Of a stretch of 58,780 bases of DNA, positions 37,947 through 46,765 are shown piece after piece (position 1 is the stretch's first letter; each line of letters starts with the position of its first letter). Source of the DNA: an uncultured Gammaproteobacteria bacterium (GTDB lineage: Bacteria > Pseudomonadota > Gammaproteobacteria > JAGOUU01); assembly GCA_964353115.1 (NCBI GenBank), contig CAYGUI010000003.1:1-58780 (forward strand), in the 5' to 3' direction. A program made the position numbers and the translations under genes. The notes below the pieces were generated by a model. That model worked only from the letters and a program-made list of their open reading frames with translations. It did no database searches and was not told the origin of the DNA.

Positions 37947-38885
37947 ATGAATCATGAACATAAATCTAACTCAGGACATCTTTTTCATGGTATGGAAGCA
38001 GATGCTCGCGCTCTTAAGATTACCGGGTGGTTAACTGGAATTTATTTTTTAATTGAATTATTTTTGGGATTTTATTCTGGCTCTGTTGCTGTAATTTCCG
38101 ATGCTTTTCATACTTTTTCTGCTGTTGGAGGGGTTTTAATAGCATTAGTTGCCAATCGTATTTCTATGCGCCCATCTGGTAAAGTAAAAACATTTGGAAT
38201 GATGCGCTCTGAAATTATTGGAGCATTGCTAAATGGTCTTTTTTTGCTATTGATGTCTTTTTATATTTTATGGATGGGGTTTCATCGTCTGCAGCAAAGC
38301 ATTGAGCTGCCTACTGGTATCATGTATCTTTCAGCAGTAGGAGGATTGATAACAGAGTTTATTTCTATCGGAGTTATGTGGAAAAGCGTAAAAGGTAATC
38401 TTAATATGCAGGGGGCATTCTGGCATATTTTACAAACCTTTGTAGGAAGTATTATCATTATTATCGCTGCCGTTGTAATTAATTTGACCGGGTGGTATCC
38501 CATTGATCCTATTCTAGGTATGGTATTTGGATTAGTTCTTTTTTGGGCATCATGGGGAATTATAAGGGATAGCTTTAATATCCTTTTAGAGTCATCACCA
38601 AAAGATGTTGATATTAGTGACGTAACAACAAAATTACAAAACATTGATGGTGTGAAAAATGTGCATCATACACATGCATGGACTTTAACCTCAGGCAAAA
38701 ACTTATTTATGACGCATGTCAAAATTGATGATAATGCAGATTATGAGGTAATTTTGGATAAATCTAATAAGATATTGGTAGATGATTTTGGTTTTTATTT
38801 TACGACGTTGCAAGTAGAAAAAATCTGTCATTCATCACAAGAAGCCGAATTTATAGATTATTCTAAGCATGGAGATAATGGTTAA
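37947..38885 (+). CDS. Cation diffusion facilitator (CzcD/ZitB-like)
   Basis: SDAFH, TFG..R.E, NLN..GAFWH, IDPIL, H.HAW. Confidence 0.9.
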   Translation: MNHEHKSNSGHLFHGMEADARALKITGWLTGIYFLIELFLGFYSGSVAVISDAFHTFSAVGGVLIALVANRISMRPSGKVKTFGMMRSEIIGALLNGLFLLLMSFYILWMGFHRLQQSIELPTGIMYLSAVGGLITEFISIGVMWKSVKGNLNMQGAFWHILQTFVGSIIIIIAAVVINLTGWYPIDPILGMVFGLVLFWASWGIIRDSFNILLESSPKDVDISDVTTKLQNIDGVKNVHHTHAWTLTSGKNLFMTHVKIDDNADYEVILDKSNKILVDDFGFYFTTLQVEKICHSSQEAEFIDYSKHGDNG

Positions 38886-39334
38886 TGATTGGTCAGCTAA
38901 TAATAATATCCTTATCATCCATCGTAGCTATTTTTATTACTACAGGTTTATTTTATGAATGCATGTGCCTTATTTCACGTGTTGTAGCAAATACATCAAT
39001 AAGGCCGCGCTTTCTTATGTTTATTACTATTACTGGTATTTTTATTGCTCATGCAGCGGCAGTTTTTGCTTATGCTGTTGTGTATTGGGTACTGATACAT
39101 TTTGCTGGTTTTTCAGATTTAGCAGGTAATACTCAAGACCATTTTCCTACGTATTTATATTTTTCTATTACAACCTATTCCTCTTTAGGTATAGGGGATG
39201 TCTTTCCGCGTGATGCCTTACGTTTTTTAACAGGAGTTGAAGCTATTAATGGTTTAATACTTATTACTTGGTCAGCAGCTTTTACTTATTTTTCTATTGA
39301 AAAAATGAGAGAAGGGCATAACAATCATTTGTGA
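38885..39334 (+). CDS. Ion_trans_2 (KcsA-like) small channel-family protein
   Basis: LYFSITTYSSLGIGDVFP, R....EA..G. Confidence 0.8.
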   Translation: MIGQLIIISLSSIVAIFITTGLFYECMCLISRVVANTSIRPRFLMFITITGIFIAHAAAVFAYAVVYWVLIHFAGFSDLAGNTQDHFPTYLYFSITTYSSLGIGDVFPRDALRFLTGVEAINGLILITWSAAFTYFSIEKMREGHNNHL

Positions 39335-39361
39335 AAACAAATGTTTTAAAATGCATAAATA

Positions 39362-39874
39362 TTAATCTTTATGTGGATCACTGTGTTCATGCTTATGTCC
39401 TGGGCCTTCTGCTTTGGGTAATGACTGCACTCCAATACCATGTTTAAATACCACTTCAGCTCCATACCACCCTGTAATCATTGTTAAAATAAATACCGCT
39501 ATCATTGTAGAAACAAAAAGAAATTTAGGCTTTTTATCTTTATAAAATATAACTAAAGACCACAGCGCTGTACTTAAAATAGCAATAAACGTTGCAATAG
39601 CCCAATTTCTATGGATAGTCATTGCTGCATGTGATGGAGTGTCGTGAATCACTGTGTAATAAGCGATAAATCCAGCGATTATAGTTGCAATGGATGCTAT
39701 GGAGCCAAACCAGAGTGACCAGCGCGCGACAATGGATAGTTCATCACTAATTTTAAAATTATTAAATAAGTATGTAAATAAATAACATGCCGTTGCAGTG
39801 CTGATTAATGCAACAGTAAAGTGTACATACAAGGGATGAAAATTTGGGATAATGTTAATATTCATTTGAAGCAC
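39362..39874 (-). CDS. DUF2231-like membrane protein
   Basis: NFHP..VHF, H, TGWYGA.VF.HG.GV, His-rich tail; start may be ATG 39865. Confidence 0.8.
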   Translation of the reverse strand: MLQMNINIIPNFHPLYVHFTVALISTATACYLFTYLFNNFKISDELSIVARWSLWFGSIASIATIIAGFIAYYTVIHDTPSHAAMTIHRNWAIATFIAILSTALWSLVIFYKDKKPKFLFVSTMIAVFILTMITGWYGAEVVFKHGIGVQSLPKAEGPGHKHEHSDPHKD

Positions 39875-40029
39875 GCAGGATTTTAATTGTCATATTAGAA
39901 ATGTGCTAATATTAAAGTATAGTATAAAAGTCACTATTTAATAGCTTTACATGATGAATATTACTGTATAAGTTATTGAATTAGTTTCATTTTAGCGATC
40001 TTTATTTCTTAAAATAAAAAGTAAATAAT

Positions 40030-40230
40030 ATGGATAAAGAAACAATTTTAGAATCAGAAATAATTTGCCCCAAATGTGGGCATAAAAAAATTGAAACAAT
40101 GCCTACTGATTCGTGCCAATGGTTTTATCAGTGTGAAAAGTGTAGCGCGATATTAAAACCTGAGGCAGGGGATTGTTGTGTCTTTTGCTCTTACGGTTCT
40201 ATTAAGTGTCCATCTAGGCAAAATGGATAG
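40030..40230 (+). CDS. GDCCVxC-domain small Cys-rich protein
   Basis: CPKCG, CEKC, GDCCVFCSYG..KCP. Confidence 0.88.
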   Translation: MDKETILESEIICPKCGHKKIETMPTDSCQWFYQCEKCSAILKPEAGDCCVFCSYGSIKCPSRQNG

Positions 40231-40249
40231 TGATAAAAGTTAAAATAAA

Positions 40250-41413
40250 TTAGCTTATTAACACTAATTTCTCAACAGCCCTTGCCTTATGCTCTGGCGC
40301 CAAATGCGCGTATCTTAACGTCATTTTAATATCCGAATGACCTAATAATTCTCTCACGGTATTTAAATCAACTCCAGCCATCACTAATTTACTTGCAAAA
40401 TGATGGCGCATGTCGTGCCAGCGGAAATCCTTAATTTCAGCTTGTTCTAAAAAAGCTTTCCATTTACGCTGTACTGCAGTAATTATTTTACCGTTTGCAT
40501 GTGAAAATACTAAATTATGATGTTCATTGATTTTTTTCCAAGCTGTAAGACACTCTAAAGCCGGTTTATTTAATGGCACATGGCGTAAAACTTGGCTTTT
40601 ACCAATTATTGAAATTAATTTATTATCAAAATCGACATTAGACCAGGTAAGAGTTAATAATTCTCCGCGGCGTGCACCAGTATTAAGAGAAATAGTTATT
40701 AAAGATTCAAGGCAATCATCAAAATGATGTTCTTCTAAATAATCAGATCTATCGATACGATTTTGTTGTCGTTTAGATATAGTTTTTGATAGACGTAAAA
40801 ATTCTTCATTACTTAAATAACGCACTTTAGGTCTTCGATCAAATTTTAGTGGTTTAATCTTTTCAAAAGGGTGGTCTGTAATTACACTCCACTCTACAGC
40901 TTTGGATAATGAAGCTTTTAGAACATTTACATCACGATTTATCGTTTCTGCATGTATACCATTGTTTAATCTTTTAGAGCGCCATTTTTCTAACGTAATA
41001 TTTTTTAATTCATTAATATTTTTATTGCCGAAAAGTTCAAAGAAATGGGTTTTAAGACGTAAAATATCTTCTTTTCCATGTTTGCGATGAGCTATACGCC
41101 ATGGTGCATACGTATCTTCAATAAATTTTTTAAATGTTGTAGTAGGGGGCTTATCTAGTTTTTTATGTGGATCATTTCCTTGGGCATGATCAAATAATAT
41201 CTGCCTTGCTAAATCACGTGCTTGATTAGGAGATATAGCATCCGCTCTACCAATGTTAATTTTTCGGCCGCGCTTAAATTCGCATAGATAAACCATTTTT
41301 CCAGTAGGGTTTACACGCAAGATAAAGCCTGTTAATTTAGAATCACGAACTTCATATCTATTTTCTTTTGGCGATAATTTATTTATTAGTGAGTTTGTTA
41401 TTAAATCTCTCAT
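40250..41413 (-). CDS. int: Tyrosine integrase with N-terminal arm-binding domain
   Basis: TGARRGE, GK, HDMRH, LGHSD, RYAH catalytic set; next to attR. Confidence 0.95.
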   Translation of the reverse strand: MRDLITNSLINKLSPKENRYEVRDSKLTGFILRVNPTGKMVYLCEFKRGRKINIGRADAISPNQARDLARQILFDHAQGNDPHKKLDKPPTTTFKKFIEDTYAPWRIAHRKHGKEDILRLKTHFFELFGNKNINELKNITLEKWRSKRLNNGIHAETINRDVNVLKASLSKAVEWSVITDHPFEKIKPLKFDRRPKVRYLSNEEFLRLSKTISKRQQNRIDRSDYLEEHHFDDCLESLITISLNTGARRGELLTLTWSNVDFDNKLISIIGKSQVLRHVPLNKPALECLTAWKKINEHHNLVFSHANGKIITAVQRKWKAFLEQAEIKDFRWHDMRHHFASKLVMAGVDLNTVRELLGHSDIKMTLRYAHLAPEHKARAVEKLVLIS

Positions 41414-41437
41414 AAATTTTTACGGTATTAGTTTTTG

Positions 41438-41454
41438 GGGTGCAAATAGGGTGC
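41438..41454 (+). promoter_or_regulatory. Putative integrase arm-type site (right)
   Basis: GGGTGCAAATAGGGTGC; matches 7244-7260. Confidence 0.65.
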
Positions 41455-41579
41455 TGGTGCGCTAAATTTCTATGATATTCAGTGAACAGTGAAAAATTAA
41501 AACGCATGAAAAACTCTATTAATACAGGGTATTATAACAAATATAAACAATTAAGAATAGGTGTAAATAATATATAGTG

Positions 41580-41627
41580 CGCCCTTTCACGGCGGCAACA
41601 GGGGTTCGAATCCCCTTGGGGACGCCA
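41580..41627 (+). repeat. attR core (3' 48 bp of tRNA-Glu)
   Basis: Identical to 7129-7176; no tRNA 5' half upstream. Confidence 0.95.
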
Positions 41628-41817
41628 ATTTTTTCTTTTGAAGATTATTAAAGTAAAAATTGGTGTTCATTGATTCAATTATTATTTTAATTTATAGTTA
41701 TCCAAAATTAAGAATTTGGCTTGCAATCTTTTAAGACTGGCTTTTCTGCTGCTCAAACTGATCTGTTAATTTAGATTGATTATTAAGATAAAATTGTGAA
41801 AAGTAAGATTTTTAATT

Positions 41818-41850
41818 TATACCATTAAAAAAGTGCCTGACACCTAAATA
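41818..41850 (+). repeat. GTGCCTGACAC-type REP-like half element
   Basis: 32/33 identical to 42395-42427. Confidence 0.75.
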
Positions 41851-41897
41851 ATTCTTTCCAAGAAATCACAAAATCACCTAACCTACTTCACTGCTAA

Positions 41898-42308
41898 TCA
41901 TTCATTATCATCTATTACTTTTTGAACCAGCGCAGAATCCACATATGCTGTAACATCAGTAATAATTTTATTATCATCGAATTTCACTATCCAACAATAT
42001 GTATTATTGAATGGCTCACCATTTTTTGCCGTCGATAACGACCTCATTTCAACAACAGCAGTATCACCAGATGCAATAACATTTTCTACTGTAAGCACCA
42101 CCCCTTCGTTCAACACTCCATTTAATCTTTCAAATGTAGCTTTTAAAAAGTCTGCTTTTGAATTATACACACCGGCCAAAGGGTGAGTGCCCATAACTGT
42201 CCAATGTACATTATCTGATACTTGGTCAAAAAAAGTTCCCGAATTTCCAGTTTCAAGGTTTGAGAATAATTCTTGAATAAACTCTTGATTTATCATTATA
42301 TGCCTCAT
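41898..42308 (-). CDS. SnoaL/NTF2-like protein
   Basis: DNVHWTVMGTHPLAG, NTYCW, YVDSALV. Confidence 0.85.
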   Translation of the reverse strand: MRHIMINQEFIQELFSNLETGNSGTFFDQVSDNVHWTVMGTHPLAGVYNSKADFLKATFERLNGVLNEGVVLTVENVIASGDTAVVEMRSLSTAKNGEPFNNTYCWIVKFDDNKIITDVTAYVDSALVQKVIDDNE

Positions 42309-42363
42309 GTTTTGCAGTTATGTATAGCTATATCGCTTAAACAGCACAAAACTTTAAATTACC

Positions 42364-42427
42364 GAGCCAGGCTCTTTAATTATGGTATAAAAAATATACC
42401 ATTAAAAAAGTGCCTGACACTTAAATA
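42364..42427. repeat. GTGCCTGACAC-type REP-like hairpin
   Basis: GCCAGGCTCTTT...ATGGTATA-AAAAA-TATACCAT...AAAGTGCCTGAC imperfect long inverted repeat. Confidence 0.75.
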
Positions 42428-42445
42428 CAGTAAAGTTGCTAAAGT

Positions 42446-42868
42446 TTAAAGTGATACTTTTTGACATTCATCGGCATAAAAATTATCAGCCCATTGATTA
42501 ATTTCTGGACTAAATCCAGCAATTGTAGATAAATGCACTCTTTTAAATTCACCATAATGATTTTCATATTTTAGACTAAATCCTGGAGCTGTAAGTATTC
42601 CAGATAAATGTCCGTCATAAAGATGAGATACATTATTATGTCTATAAGCAATATGCGGAGTGTTATTTAAATAATGAACAAACACCATTGCAGTTTGTGT
42701 TCCTATAGTATTAGAAAAATTAGTGTCACGTGGTATATATTCATAATCTGGCGAGAAATAAACGTGTAGAATAAACTGTTTATTTTGAAATTCACACTTT
42801 ATGTAATTTTCTGCTAAAACCATTGATGATTGGGTAAATAATAGTGCAAATAAAGCTATTTTTTTCAT
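42446..42868 (-). CDS. Hypothetical secreted protein
   Basis: MKK signal peptide, two Cys, AGGAG RBS. Confidence 0.65.
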   Translation of the reverse strand: MKKIALFALLFTQSSMVLAENYIKCEFQNKQFILHVYFSPDYEYIPRDTNFSNTIGTQTAMVFVHYLNNTPHIAYRHNNVSHLYDGHLSGILTAPGFSLKYENHYGEFKRVHLSTIAGFSPEINQWADNFYADECQKVSL

Positions 42869-43037
42869 AAAATTTTCTCTCCTTAATTGATTAACTTAAG
42901 AAATTAATATAATCAATAAAGCTAAAATCTCATAATAAATATTGGCTATATTTATAATAGAGAAATTTTATTGTATTTTTTTTACTATTAATTAGTATCC
43001 TATTAAGAGTTTAAAATAATAAACATGGAGAAAATTT

Positions 43038-43664
43038 ATGAGTTTTATGTTGAGAAAAATCTTTTTGGTAGCTTCAATTTTTTTATCAATGCAAAGTATT
43101 TCTTTTGCAAATATTAATCATTATGAGTCTTGCGGTAAAGATAATGTTGGAACATATCGTCCTGATCTAGGAGGGATAATTTTAATACATGATTTTAAAA
43201 GATGTGTGGTCGCGGCGCTTAATAATGTTGCAGATAATATTATTTGGCAGCCCGAGCCTGCTGGTGGTTGGAATAATTTTGTAAGCCACCAATGTTATGT
43301 AAAATATAATAAAGATAATAAAGCATGGGTCCCTGATTTTTGTAATGGCAGTGTAGAAGAAACCGACAAAATCGCAAGCATTGATAATACCTTTGCTGCT
43401 CGAGCTTGCCAACAAAGTTTGCAAGGAGGATTTGATGATTGGTATTTGCCAGGGTTATATGAATTACATTCAATGTATAAATTAAAAGATGCACTTGGTG
43501 TTAGAAAGAAGGAACATTTTTGGTCCTCTTCTGAATTTAATACTTGGGGCATTGTTTGGGGTGAGGATTTATCTATTGGTTATCCTTATATCATTGCGAA
43601 AGATGGTTATGATATTGGACCTCATCTTGCAAATGTTAGATGCGTGCGCTCAATTGAAAATTAA
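43038..43664 (+). CDS. Secreted DUF1566 (Lcl C-terminal) domain protein
   Basis: A..AC, FDDWYLP...EL, FWSSSE, VRCVR. Confidence 0.82.
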   Translation: MSFMLRKIFLVASIFLSMQSISFANINHYESCGKDNVGTYRPDLGGIILIHDFKRCVVAALNNVADNIIWQPEPAGGWNNFVSHQCYVKYNKDNKAWVPDFCNGSVEETDKIASIDNTFAARACQQSLQGGFDDWYLPGLYELHSMYKLKDALGVRKKEHFWSSSEFNTWGIVWGEDLSIGYPYIIAKDGYDIGPHLANVRCVRSIEN

Positions 43665-43677
43665 ATAAATATTTAGT

Positions 43678-43706
43678 GTGCCAGGCTCTTAAAAAGAGTC
43701 TGGCAC
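43678..43706. repeat. GTGCCAGGC-type hairpin between convergent genes (possible terminator)
   Basis: GTGCCAGGCTCTT-AAA-AAGAGTCTGGCAC. Confidence 0.7.
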
Positions 43707-43725
43707 TTAAAAGTTTCTTTAATAA

Positions 43726-44472
43726 CTATGGTGTAGGACTAGAAAAAGCCTGATTAAATAATTCATCAGATATCGGCTCGATAACATGAATATTTGGTAT
43801 TGAATAATTTATAAAGTATTTAATACAAAAACGATCAAACGGCGTACTTTTACTGAGATCATACGTGTAGAATGCTAAAAATAATATCCCTCTAAATTCA
43901 GAAAAACTTTCAACTATATTATCAAGTGTGCTGCTACTGCCTCCATTGCGAAGATCCATAGAAATTTGTTGTGCAAATTTTCTAATTTTTTTATAAAAAT
44001 TAATAACTTCTTCTTCAGATACTGTAACTATTTCTTGTCTATAAATTTTAATAAAAGATTTTTTGACTTGCTCTATTTCTAAAATAAGAGATAATGATTT
44101 ATCTTTATGCAGACAATAATTTATATACTCAGTTGGATTTCTTGAAATAGCTTCAATGACTCCAGGACATGTTTGAATTATTTTTTTTAACACTATATGG
44201 TCGCAATAATAAATTATATTTTTTAATACAACGCCATCTTCGTATGTAGCAACGTTTTCACGAACTTCATCTATAGTTAATAACAAATTAACTACATTTT
44301 GATTGCGTCGATTAGCAAAGAGAAAAATCCATTTTAGTAAAAGATTTCTTGTTTCAATATCTACTGTTATGTTGGTAACAAGTATCTCTATTAATTCTGA
44401 TGATACACAATCAATATTTTTTGGGCTTTCAAGAAATAACTTATCCATTACTAATAATGTTGAGTTCGACAT
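43726..44472 (-). CDS. Hypothetical protein
   Basis: 248-aa helical ORF, no confident motif. Confidence 0.55.
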   Translation of the reverse strand: MSNSTLLVMDKLFLESPKNIDCVSSELIEILVTNITVDIETRNLLLKWIFLFANRRNQNVVNLLLTIDEVRENVATYEDGVVLKNIIYYCDHIVLKKIIQTCPGVIEAISRNPTEYINYCLHKDKSLSLILEIEQVKKSFIKIYRQEIVTVSEEEVINFYKKIRKFAQQISMDLRNGGSSSTLDNIVESFSEFRGILFLAFYTYDLSKSTPFDRFCIKYFINYSIPNIHVIEPISDELFNQAFSSPTP

Positions 44473-44517
44473 AGACTATAAATTTTCATGATAATGAAGT
44501 TAGTCAGTATTCTACCA

Positions 44518-45000
44518 CTAACAGCTAGATGTTACAATACTAACAGTGCATGCAAATGAGTCATATACAACATAGCAGTTACCAGGTGGTAAATCATAGC
44601 CAATCCAAGCTGATTGATTAGTAACATTAGTTTGAAAATCGCTACTAAGATCTAAGAAATCAGTTATTCTTAGCCTATCTCCCATTTCTGCGATGCTTTC
44701 TGGACATAAATTACGCCAATCTACTTCAAATGATCCAAGATTGGTAGTAACAATATAATTACTTTGCCCTGAACCAGGGTTTGAGCCAGTTGGACTCAAA
44801 CCCTGGGCTACAGCAGCAGATTTAACTTGATAAATTATTGATCTAAGTGCCCCGGCCACTGCATTTAACGAAGCAATTTTTGCAGACTCTCTAAGGTTAA
44901 CAAATCTTGGAATGGCAAAGGCTGCTAAAATTCCTACAATTGCAATAACAATAACTAGTTCAACAAGAGTGAACCCATTGCTTTTATAATTATCTTTCAT
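44518..45000 (-). CDS. Type IV pilin, MSHA-like
   Basis: GFTLVELVIVIAIVGILAAFAIPRF N-methylation motif; C-terminal Cys residues. Confidence 0.88.
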   Translation of the reverse strand: MKDNYKSNGFTLVELVIVIAIVGILAAFAIPRFVNLRESAKIASLNAVAGALRSIIYQVKSAAVAQGLSPTGSNPGSGQSNYIVTTNLGSFEVDWRNLCPESIAEMGDRLRITDFLDLSSDFQTNVTNQSAWIGYDLPPGNCYVVYDSFACTVSIVTSSC

Positions 45001-45003
45001 ATT

Positions 45004-46710
45004 TTAAAGATAGCTTAACGGCAGTAACCCTTGGGTTAATATTCGATCATGAAAGCCAATTATCGAATATTTATCTCCTAATCTTTGTTTTTCATTCTCA
45101 CGCGCTTCTAAAATAGCTGTAAGACCTATGTAATAACTAGTAGCTTGTCCGCCATAAGTAATATATCTATCAACTTCAGAATTAATCTTTAATTCATCAA
45201 GAGAAGTGTGCGTGCGCATAAAATTAATTGCATCTTCTTTGCTCCAATTAAAAACATGTAATCCAGTATCAATAACTAGTCGTGAAGCGCGAAGTAAGGC
45301 ATTGCTAATATATCCAACTTTTGCTAGTGGATCAGAAAATAAATCATACTCATATGCTAATTGCTCGGCATAAAGTGCCCATCCTTCAATAATTGCGTTA
45401 TTAGCTATTATTTTAGAAATAGAATGCAAATTTTTATTTTCAACAATAAGTGCTAATTGCAAATGGTGCCCGGGAATACCTTCATGGAATAAGGTACTTT
45501 CTTGATCAGCATAACCAACTTTATCATATCCAAAAGTATTTATATAAAAAATACCGGGATTTTTACCATCTTCTGACGGTAAGTGATATTCACCAACAGC
45601 GCCAGCTTTTGCACGAAATTCCGGATAGGGGTGAATTTCAAAAGCAGAAGTGGGGGTGACACTCATTAATTTTGGTAGAGCAGCTTTCGCACGTTCAAGG
45701 GCTTTATAATTATAATCAAGCATATCTTGCTCACTACTAAACGGATATTGTTTTGTTGCAGCAAGCTGTAATAATTCTGTAATTGGCAGATTATTAAAAT
45801 ATTTTTCACTAATTTTTTCTAACTCAGTTGATAAATTAGTGATAGCTTTAAAACCCAGATCTCTAATTTTTTCAGGTGAAATATTAACTGTAGTGTGTGA
45901 GCGCACCATAGCCTTATAACATTCCATGCCATGAGGAAGGTCACCAACACCAAGAGAGCTGCGTGCACTTTGCATATATTCTTGCGCTAAAAAATCACGA
46001 AACTTTTTAAGACCAGGATTAATTATAGTATTCATAATTTCAGTAAAATCTTTCTGAAATTGCGCATCCAAATCGCGTATACCTGGTACAAAAAATGGTG
46101 AGTCTTTAATCGGTGTTGATAATAAAGAGTCTAATTGGCCAATAATCCTTGGCAATACAGCTTTAGATGTGGAATAACCTTGTTTTAATCCCGCTTTAAG
46201 ATTATTAATTTCATCATTAACTATTGAATCAAAAGTTTTCCAGCGTTTAAGAGCATCATTTCGTGCTTTCTCATCACCAACAGGCTGAATTTGAGCAAGA
46301 TTAGCTAATGCTGCAAACCACGGGAACATTGAATCTAGGTGCCATAGTTCTTGTCGACAAATTTGTAAATTATGGGCAGCTTCTAGATGCTCACGTAAAA
46401 TACGATATTCTGATAGAGAATTTCCAACTAAATTTTTATCATCAATTTGATATAAAGTTTTAAGATTATCTTCTTGAACTTGATTCCAGGTATCAGCAAA
46501 TTTTAATGAATGATTATTAAAAACATCATGACGGGCATTGGGAGCTTGAATTTCCTCCATCATTTCAGGTTGATGCTGATAATTTTGCGCTAAATATTGA
46601 TTTTCTAAATCTTTAAGTTTTTCATTATCAGAAATAACATGAGCGTAAGCAAAGTTATAACCACTTAAATTTAAAGATAATATTATCCCTGTAATACCGA
46701 ACTTTTTCAT
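45004..46710 (-). CDS. DUF885-family protein
   Basis: HEGIPGHHLQ, EGWALYAE, RASRLVIDTGLH, EVDRY, GQATSY. Confidence 0.9.
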   Translation of the reverse strand: MKKFGITGIILSLNLSGYNFAYAHVISDNEKLKDLENQYLAQNYQHQPEMMEEIQAPNARHDVFNNHSLKFADTWNQVQEDNLKTLYQIDDKNLVGNSLSEYRILREHLEAAHNLQICRQELWHLDSMFPWFAALANLAQIQPVGDEKARNDALKRWKTFDSIVNDEINNLKAGLKQGYSTSKAVLPRIIGQLDSLLSTPIKDSPFFVPGIRDLDAQFQKDFTEIMNTIINPGLKKFRDFLAQEYMQSARSSLGVGDLPHGMECYKAMVRSHTTVNISPEKIRDLGFKAITNLSTELEKISEKYFNNLPITELLQLAATKQYPFSSEQDMLDYNYKALERAKAALPKLMSVTPTSAFEIHPYPEFRAKAGAVGEYHLPSEDGKNPGIFYINTFGYDKVGYADQESTLFHEGIPGHHLQLALIVENKNLHSISKIIANNAIIEGWALYAEQLAYEYDLFSDPLAKVGYISNALLRASRLVIDTGLHVFNWSKEDAINFMRTHTSLDELKINSEVDRYITYGGQATSYYIGLTAILEARENEKQRLGDKYSIIGFHDRILTQGLLPLSYL

Positions 46711-46765
46711 GACATCCTCGATTATTGTCTATAATTACTAATATTCATATTACATCGGGGATCTT

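Larger units (their letters stand above)
7177..41627. mobile_element. Integrative conjugative element in tRNA-Glu, 34,451 bp
   Basis: 48-bp att direct repeats, terminal tyrosine integrase, trb T4SS, relaxase, coupling protein, repressor, Xis-like gene. Confidence 0.93.

Noticed and set aside
41580-41627. Second tRNA-Glu gene
   Set aside because: Only the 3' 48 bp are present; this is attR
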